DNA of 64,000 nt, taken from assembly GCA_000990005.1 (NCBI GenBank), contig LBPF01000001.1, positions 90,315-154,314 of the forward strand. The letters run 5' to 3'. This document shows positions 58,371-64,000 of the stretch, in pieces (within the stretch, counting starts at the first letter, position 1; each line of letters starts with the position of its first letter). The notes below the pieces were generated by a model. The model did not search any database, had not been told where the DNA came from, and saw nothing but the letters and a program-made list of their open reading frames with translations. The DNA is from Candidatus Woesebacteria bacterium GW2011_GWB1_33_38. Its GTDB lineage: Bacteria; Patescibacteriota; Microgenomatia; UBA8517. Made by a program: the position numbers and the translations under genes.

Positions 58371-58445
58371 CTTTTTAAAGCTCGGCCAACACGGGCCTTT
58401 GTCCTTGGGAGCTTGTTAATACTTGTATTGTAACATTTTTGTCAA

Positions 58446-59597
58446 ATGAATGGAATAAATCTAGATAATTTAAAAATTGCACTTGTTTATGATAGGGTAA
58501 ACAAATTTGGTGGGGCGGAGAGAGTGTTATTGTCCCTTCATGAGATGTTTCCAAATGCCCCACTTTATACATCAGTCTATAACGAGCTTTCAGCGAGTTG
58601 GGCTCATGATTTCCCAAAAATTTACACAACTTTCCTACAAAAGATACCTTTTTTAAAAAATAATCATGAATTAATTGGTTGGTTAATGCCACTGGCTTTT
58701 GAAACATTTGATTTTTCTAATTATGATTTAGTAATTTCAGTTACTTCTGAGGCTGCGAAAGGAATTATCACGGGTACTAATACATTACATGTTTGTTATT
58801 GTCTTACTCCAACGAGATATCTTTGGAGCGCTAGGGACTTTTATTTTAATAATCCTCCAAAAAAGTTTAATATTTTTCCATTTTTTAAAATTTTTGCAAA
58901 ACCGTTTGTAGGTTATCTTGAAAAGTGGGATTCTATTGCAAGTACAAGGCCGGACAAAATGATAGCAATATCAACTGAAGTTAAAAGTAGAATTAAAAAA
59001 TATTACAAAAGAAATTCTGAAATAATTTATCCCCCATGCGATTTGCCAAGAAAAGTAATGGGGAGTTCGAAGGGTAAATATTATTTTATTCATGGAAGAT
59101 TTGAACCTTACAAACGACTCGATTTGGTAATTGACGTATTTAATGATTTAGAACTTCGCCTTGTGGTTTCAGGTTCCGGATCAGAATTCTTGAGATTACA
59201 ACGAAAGGCTAACCAAAACATTAAGTTTGTATATAAACCTAGTGATAATCAGCTACCCGATTTGTATAAAAATGCCATGGCGTTTCTGATGCCTCAAGAA
59301 GAAGATTTTGGTATCACCTCCGTTGAGGCTCAAAGTTTTGGAGTGCCTGTGATTGCTTATAATAAAGGTGGGGCAATAGATACTGTCATACCAGACAAGA
59401 CTGGAGTTCTTTTTAACAGTCAAACAAAAGAAATTTTGAAGCAGGCAATTGCAAAATTTGATACAATGAGATTTAATAATATAGACTTAATAAATAATGC
59501 TAAAATTTTTTCAAAGGAAAGATTCAAAAGGGAATTACAAAGATCACTTGTACGCTCTTATCTTAGCTGGAGGTGGGGGGACAAGACTCTGGCCTAA
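58446..59597 (+). CDS. GT4 family glycosyltransferase
   Basis: KFGGAERVLLSL; QEEDFGITSVEAQSFGVPVIAYNKGG. Confidence 0.8.
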   Translation: MNGINLDNLKIALVYDRVNKFGGAERVLLSLHEMFPNAPLYTSVYNELSASWAHDFPKIYTTFLQKIPFLKNNHELIGWLMPLAFETFDFSNYDLVISVTSEAAKGIITGTNTLHVCYCLTPTRYLWSARDFYFNNPPKKFNIFPFFKIFAKPFVGYLEKWDSIASTRPDKMIAISTEVKSRIKKYYKRNSEIIYPPCDLPRKVMGSSKGKYYFIHGRFEPYKRLDLVIDVFNDLELRLVVSGSGSEFLRLQRKANQNIKFVYKPSDNQLPDLYKNAMAFLMPQEEDFGITSVEAQSFGVPVIAYNKGGAIDTVIPDKTGVLFNSQTKEILKQAIAKFDTMRFNNIDLINNAKIFSKERFKRELQRSLVRSYLSWRWGDKTLA

Positions 59598-60639
59598 ATC
59601 TTTAGAAAAAACTCCAAAGCAGTTTTTAAAGTTGTTTAATCATAAAACCTTAGTTGAAATTACTGGGGAAAGATTAAACAAGTTTCTACCATGGGAAAAA
59701 ATTTTTGTGGTTACAACAACTAAAGAATATGGGGATACAATTAAGGAATTACTTCCAAAAGTTCCTGAAGAAAATATTCTAGTCGAACCTGAGAGAAGAG
59801 ATAGTGCAGCCGCACATGCTTTAGGCGCAACCTATATTTTAAGTAAAGATTCAGAAGCGGTTATTGTTAACGCTGCTTCTGATCATTTTGTGAGTCCACA
59901 GTTAAATTATGAAAGAACTATGTTTGCTGCTAGCAAGTATGCATTTGAAAACGGTGGTTTAGTCTCAATTGGTATCAAACCTTTATATCCTCATACTGGA
60001 ATGGGTCATTTGAAAAAGGGAAAACATGTAGATACTTCAGAAGGTAGATATGTTTTTAAATTAGATAAGTTTGTTGAGAAACCCCCACTTGAAACGGCAC
60101 AGAAATATACAGAATCAGGAGACTACTTTTGGAATGCTAATCATTATGTATGGAGAGCAGACAAATTTTTAAGTGAAGTCAAAAGTTATGCCAAAACGTT
60201 AAGTATTGGAATGGAAGAAATTGCAAAGAATTTGGGCACAGTAGACGAGAAAAAAACAGTAGAGAAAGAATACAAAAAGTTTGAAAAGATTTCAGTAGAT
60301 TATGCAATCTCTGAAAAATCAAAAGATTTTTATATGATAATTGCTGATTATAGTTGGACAGATATAGGAGACTGGAATGAGGTATGGAAGAATTTGCCTC
60401 AAGATGTAAATGGCAATGTCATAATTACGGGAGATGAAAAAGGCGGGGAGGTAATAAATATTGATACGACTGACGCTCTAATTCACTCTGACGGCCGTCT
60501 CATTGCTGCGATTGATGTAGATAATTTAATTATTGTAGATACAGAAGAAGCTTTACTTGTTTGTTCCAAAAGCCATGCCCAGTCAGTTAAAAAGATTGTG
60601 GAACTACTAAAAGCAAAAAATAGAATAGATCTTCTTTAA
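59497..60639 (+). CDS. manC: mannose-1-phosphate guanylyltransferase (ManC/CpsB-type sugar nucleotidyltransferase, no PMI domain)
   Basis: ALILAGGGGTRLWP signature. The start is uncertain: the ATG at 59497 overlaps the upstream GT4 by about 100 nt; an in-frame TTG at about 59546 gives MYALILAGGGG. Confidence 0.8.
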   Translation: MLKFFQRKDSKGNYKDHLYALILAGGGGTRLWPKSLEKTPKQFLKLFNHKTLVEITGERLNKFLPWEKIFVVTTTKEYGDTIKELLPKVPEENILVEPERRDSAAAHALGATYILSKDSEAVIVNAASDHFVSPQLNYERTMFAASKYAFENGGLVSIGIKPLYPHTGMGHLKKGKHVDTSEGRYVFKLDKFVEKPPLETAQKYTESGDYFWNANHYVWRADKFLSEVKSYAKTLSIGMEEIAKNLGTVDEKKTVEKEYKKFEKISVDYAISEKSKDFYMIIADYSWTDIGDWNEVWKNLPQDVNGNVIITGDEKGGEVINIDTTDALIHSDGRLIAAIDVDNLIIVDTEEALLVCSKSHAQSVKKIVELLKAKNRIDLL

Positions 60640-60643
60640 AAAA

Positions 60644-61297
60644 ATGTTTTTTGAAATTACTAAAAGAATAATAGACATTATTGCCGCTTCAGTACTTATT
60701 ATTGTTTTTGCACCAGTTACGGTGGTTGTCTCAATTGCTATTAAATTGACTTCCCCTGGACCTATTTTGGTTGAAAAAGAAAATTCTCACATGAAACGTT
60801 TAGGAAAAAATGGGAAGGTCTTTAGACTTTTTAAATTTAGGTCAATGCCAGTAGGTGGTGATATCTTAGAAAAAACCGATCCAAAATACAAAATTGCCTA
60901 TATCCAAAAACACAATAGCGGGAGCTATAAACCCAAAAAAGACCCCAGAGTTACCAAGGTCGGTAAGTTTATTAGAAAATATTCAATAGATGAAACACCA
61001 CAATTTTTCAACATTTTATTAGGGGATATGAGTTTGGTTGGGCCACGACCATATTTAAGAGAAGAACTCGAAGAGCAACAGGGAAAATATCCTGGAACAG
61101 AAAAGTATGTTAAAGAGATGCATAAAGTAAAGCCGGGAATCACTGGATATTGGCAGGTGTCAGGTAGAAGCGATGTCAATTTTGATAAAAGAATTGAAAT
61201 GGATGCCTATTATGCTAGGAAAAAATCACTTTTCTTTGATCTTTTAATAATATTAAAAACGCCCTGGGCTATGATTAGTGGCAAGGGTGCTGTATAA
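60644..61297 (+). CDS. polyprenyl-phosphate hexose-1-phosphate transferase (small monotopic PGT, Bac_transf / PglC-WbaP C-domain type)
   Basis: RIIDIIAASVLIIVFAPV (re-entrant helix); KFRSM; DETPQFFNILLGDMSLVGPRP. Confidence 0.85.
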   Translation: MFFEITKRIIDIIAASVLIIVFAPVTVVVSIAIKLTSPGPILVEKENSHMKRLGKNGKVFRLFKFRSMPVGGDILEKTDPKYKIAYIQKHNSGSYKPKKDPRVTKVGKFIRKYSIDETPQFFNILLGDMSLVGPRPYLREELEEQQGKYPGTEKYVKEMHKVKPGITGYWQVSGRSDVNFDKRIEMDAYYARKKSLFFDLLIILKTPWAMISGKGAV

Positions 61298-63248
61298 TTT
61301 TGATATGGAACCTACCATTTTAATTCCAAAAATAGAACCAAACAAGATTGAGGTTATTCAAAAATCAAAATTTAATTTAAAATCTAAATTTGTAATTGTC
61401 CCTGTAGTTATTTTAGCAATTATCATACTTTTGACTGCCCCAGTTTTAGTATTTGTCGCCAAAGCCAATAAGGCATATAAACAAATTCTGCCAATTGTTG
61501 AAAATTTAAACATTAAAGATACTAATAAAATTAAAAATGATTTGACTTTAGTTAAGACTACAGTTTCTGAACTTCAGACATCTTACAAATTATTTTCTTG
61601 GATGAAAATCTTCCCAGGGCTAGGAAAGTATATTGACGATTTAGGCCATTCCATAAAAGCTGGAATATATGTCATTGACGCTACTGAAATTACATTAACA
61701 ACAGTTGAACCATATTTATCAGTTCTGGGATTTTCCGACAGCGGAAAGGATAACACTCAGACATCACAGGAAAGAATAGATTTTGTAATTAATTCTATTC
61801 CAGAAATATTACCTAAAGCTGGAGAGATTTCAGAAAAGTTTAAAAAAGCTGAAGAGGAAATGTCAAATATTAATCCAAGCGATTATCCTGAAAAATTTAA
61901 AGGGATTGCCCTTCGAGAAAAATTAAAAAAGGGCCTTGATCTTTTCAATGAAATCTCAGGTTATATTTCGGAGAGTAAACCACTTTTAGAAGCAACACCC
62001 TATCTTTTGGGTGTAGATAGTGACAGGACATATTTGGTTCTTTTTCAAAATGACAAAGAACTTCGTGCAACTGGCGGTTTTTTAACTGCTTACTCAATAA
62101 TGAAAGTATCAAAAGCCAAGTTTGAACCTGTTTCATCTGATGATATTTACAATTTAGATGCAAAATATAAACCCTCACTTCCTGCGCCTCAGGCTGTTGT
62201 TGATTTAATCAAGGGTCCTTATGTTCTTTCTCAAAATATTAGGCTTCGGGATATGAATTATTCACCTGATTTTAAAGTTGCTATGGATCTTTTTTCTGAA
62301 GAAGCAAATGACGTTGGTTTAAAAAATGTAGATGGAATAATTGCTGTAGATACTGGCCTTTTGGTAAATTTACTTGATGCTTTGGGTGAAATTGGTGTTC
62401 CTGGATTTGGAAATTTTTCAACCAAGATAGAACCTAAGTGTAATTGCCCACAGGTTATTTACGAACTTGAAAGTTTTGCCGATGTCGAAGGTCCTATTAT
62501 TTGGGATCCATTAACAGGCAAAATTATATTAAGGCCTAAAAACTCTGATAATAGGAAAAAAATAATTGGACCTTTAATGAATTCTATTTTAGCAAATGCT
62601 TTTGGTTCAACTAAAGATAAACTCTCAAAGCTTATTAATGCAGTTTTTAAGTCTGTTACTGAAAAACATGTTCTTTTCTACTTACATGACCTAGATGCCC
62701 AAAAAGCAGTCGAAGGATTTGGTATTGCTGGGAGAATGGAAACGGGCACTTCAGACTATTTGCATATAAATGATTCAAATTTAGGAGGTAGAAAATCAAA
62801 CCTATATGTTAAACAGGAAGTTGAACAAGAAATTGAAGTTACTAAAGATGGGTCAATTGAGAAAACTGTTACTATAACTTATAAAAACCCAGAAAAACAT
62901 GATGGTTGGCTTAATTCAGTTCTTCCTAATTGGGTAAGAATATATGTTCCAGAAGGTAGTAAACTTGTTGAAATAGAAGGTTTGGAGAAACAATATGAAA
63001 CAACAACAGAACTAGGTAAAACTGTTTTTTCAGGCTACTTTAAGTTAAGGCCAGAAGGGGTTTCCAAAGTAATTTTTAAATATTCCCTACCCTTTAAAAA
63101 GAGTAGCCTGCCTGCGCAGGCAGGTGATTACAAAATGCTTATTCAAAAACAAGCAGGAACTGATGCACCACTTCATAGAATTATTAGTAACAAGTTTGAG
63201 GAAGAATTTTTGCTAAATGTGGACAAAGAAATTAGAATCAAGTTGTGA
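61278..63248 (+). CDS. N-terminally anchored extracytoplasmic protein of unknown function (DUF4012-like)
   Basis: Single N-terminal TM helix, then about 600 aa of soluble sequence (LVLFQNDKELRATGGFLTAYSIMKV...). DUF4012 assignment is from memory and not verified. Confidence 0.4.
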   Translation: MARVLYNFDMEPTILIPKIEPNKIEVIQKSKFNLKSKFVIVPVVILAIIILLTAPVLVFVAKANKAYKQILPIVENLNIKDTNKIKNDLTLVKTTVSELQTSYKLFSWMKIFPGLGKYIDDLGHSIKAGIYVIDATEITLTTVEPYLSVLGFSDSGKDNTQTSQERIDFVINSIPEILPKAGEISEKFKKAEEEMSNINPSDYPEKFKGIALREKLKKGLDLFNEISGYISESKPLLEATPYLLGVDSDRTYLVLFQNDKELRATGGFLTAYSIMKVSKAKFEPVSSDDIYNLDAKYKPSLPAPQAVVDLIKGPYVLSQNIRLRDMNYSPDFKVAMDLFSEEANDVGLKNVDGIIAVDTGLLVNLLDALGEIGVPGFGNFSTKIEPKCNCPQVIYELESFADVEGPIIWDPLTGKIILRPKNSDNRKKIIGPLMNSILANAFGSTKDKLSKLINAVFKSVTEKHVLFYLHDLDAQKAVEGFGIAGRMETGTSDYLHINDSNLGGRKSNLYVKQEVEQEIEVTKDGSIEKTVTITYKNPEKHDGWLNSVLPNWVRIYVPEGSKLVEIEGLEKQYETTTELGKTVFSGYFKLRPEGVSKVIFKYSLPFKKSSLPAQAGDYKMLIQKQAGTDAPLHRIISNKFEEEFLLNVDKEIRIKL

Positions 63249-63790
63249 AACTTAGAACTTACTCTTCAGAGGGCATAATACTGGCAAGAAAAAATTATGG
63301 AGAAGCTGATCGGATAATTACAGTTTTTTCAAAATATTTTGGTAAAATCACCCTTTTGGCAAAAGGTGTAAGAAAATTAACTTCAAGAAAAAGAGGTCAT
63401 TTAGAAATATTTAGCCAAATCAAATTTTCAGCTAACTCTGGTAAAGGATTTGATTTGATCACTGAAGCAGAGACTATAAATACATTTTCAAAATTTAGGT
63501 TAAATTTAAATAAAGTAACACTTGCCTATTACTTTTGTGAGGTTGTAAATAAAATTACTAGAGAGGGAGAAAAACAGTCAAAAGTTTATAATTTATTGAC
63601 TACAGCTCTTGAACAGTTAGAGACTGCAAAAAATTTAAAAATACTTCGTAAAAAATTTATAGAAGATTTACTGGTAGACCTTGGCTACTGGCCAAATGAT
63701 AAAAAAATGACAGACCATGATATTAAGCTGGAAGAAGTATTAGAAAGAAAGATAAACTCAGTCAGAGTGGGTAGAAAAGTGCTATCATGA
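63245..63790 (+). CDS. recO: DNA repair protein RecO (short form)
   Basis: N-terminal OB-fold region EGIILARKNYGEADRIITVFSKYFGKITLLAKGVRK. GTG start. Confidence 0.7.
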   Translation: MKLRTYSSEGIILARKNYGEADRIITVFSKYFGKITLLAKGVRKLTSRKRGHLEIFSQIKFSANSGKGFDLITEAETINTFSKFRLNLNKVTLAYYFCEVVNKITREGEKQSKVYNLLTTALEQLETAKNLKILRKKFIEDLLVDLGYWPNDKKMTDHDIKLEEVLERKINSVRVGRKVLS

Positions 63791-63820
63791 AATGTCAACG
63801 CGAAGTGCTACAATGATATT

Positions 63821-64000
63821 ATGAAAGGCTATAAAGCAAATATTGAAAAACTTACTTTGGAGAATAATTTATTTAGACAAGTTCGTTATACTTCGAAGAA
63901 TTTTCAATTAGTTTTAATGTCGCTTAAACCTAAAGAAGAAATTGGTTTTGAAGTGCATGAGGAAAATGATCAGTTTTTTAGGTTCGAGAATGGAACAGGC
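63821..64000 (+). CDS. cupin-domain protein, 3'-truncated by the window end
   Basis: MKGYKANIEKLTLENNLFRQVRYTSKNFQLVLMSLKPKEEIGFEVHEENDQFFRFENGTG is a typical cupin_2 N-terminus. Confidence 0.65.
   Translation, partial: MKGYKANIEKLTLENNLFRQVRYTSKNFQLVLMSLKPKEEIGFEVHEENDQFFRFENGTG

Noticed and set aside
58375-58707. 110-aa minus-strand ORF covering the GC-rich spacer and the start of the GT4 at 58446
   Set aside because: Overlaps the confident GT4 N-terminus (KFGGAERVLLSL) in antisense. More likely the spacer is non-coding.
1-64000. Searched by eye for CRISPR arrays, rRNA and tRNA genes (GC-rich 70-90 nt patches; GGTTCGAATCC-type T-arms)
   Set aside because: No regularly spaced direct repeats and no tRNA-like T-arm or acceptor signatures were found. 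The only GC-rich patches (46567-46580, 58336-58420) are too short or lack tRNA features.

Overview
AT-rich window, roughly 30% GC by eye, with standard stop-codon usage (TGA acts as a stop). It is almost entirely one very large cell-envelope/protein glycosylation island. The gene packing is extreme, with 4-nt ATGA overlaps and a run of about 27 co-directional genes from 6.9 to 33.6 kb. The style resembles a Patescibacteria/CPR (Microgenomates-like) genome; that assignment is inference. Contents of the island: about 13 polytopic GT-C-type (ArnT/PMT-like) membrane glycosyltransferases; 3-4 polyprenyl-phosphate sugar synthases (GT2, DPM1/GtrB-like), one of them fused to a GT-C domain; 9 GT4 and several other GT2/GT-A transferases; 5 class I SAM methyltransferases; 3 NAD-dependent sugar epimerases/dehydratases; a Wzx-type flippase, a flippase-like (LPG-synthase-TM) protein and a Wzy_C/O-antigen-ligase-like protein; GNAT and hexapeptide acetyltransferases; a ManC-type mannose-1-phosphate guanylyltransferase; a small initiating phosphoglycosyltransferase (Bac_transf); and a DUF4012-like exported protein. 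Other features: a redox module at the 5' side made of three SDR reductases, a PNPOx-like protein and an unusual VKOR::class-2 dihydroorotate dehydrogenase fusion; a hicAB toxin-antitoxin pair plus a Pif1-family helicase with a C-terminal WYL-like tail inserted between two SDR paralogues; a four-helix-bundle (23S-rRNA-IVS-type) gene flanked by inverted repeats; an IS1634-family insertion sequence with a 39-bp target duplication that splits a small coiled-coil gene; a split GT4; a truncated DUF3800 remnant; RecO; and a cupin gene running off the 3' end. No rRNA, tRNA or CRISPR array was recognised.
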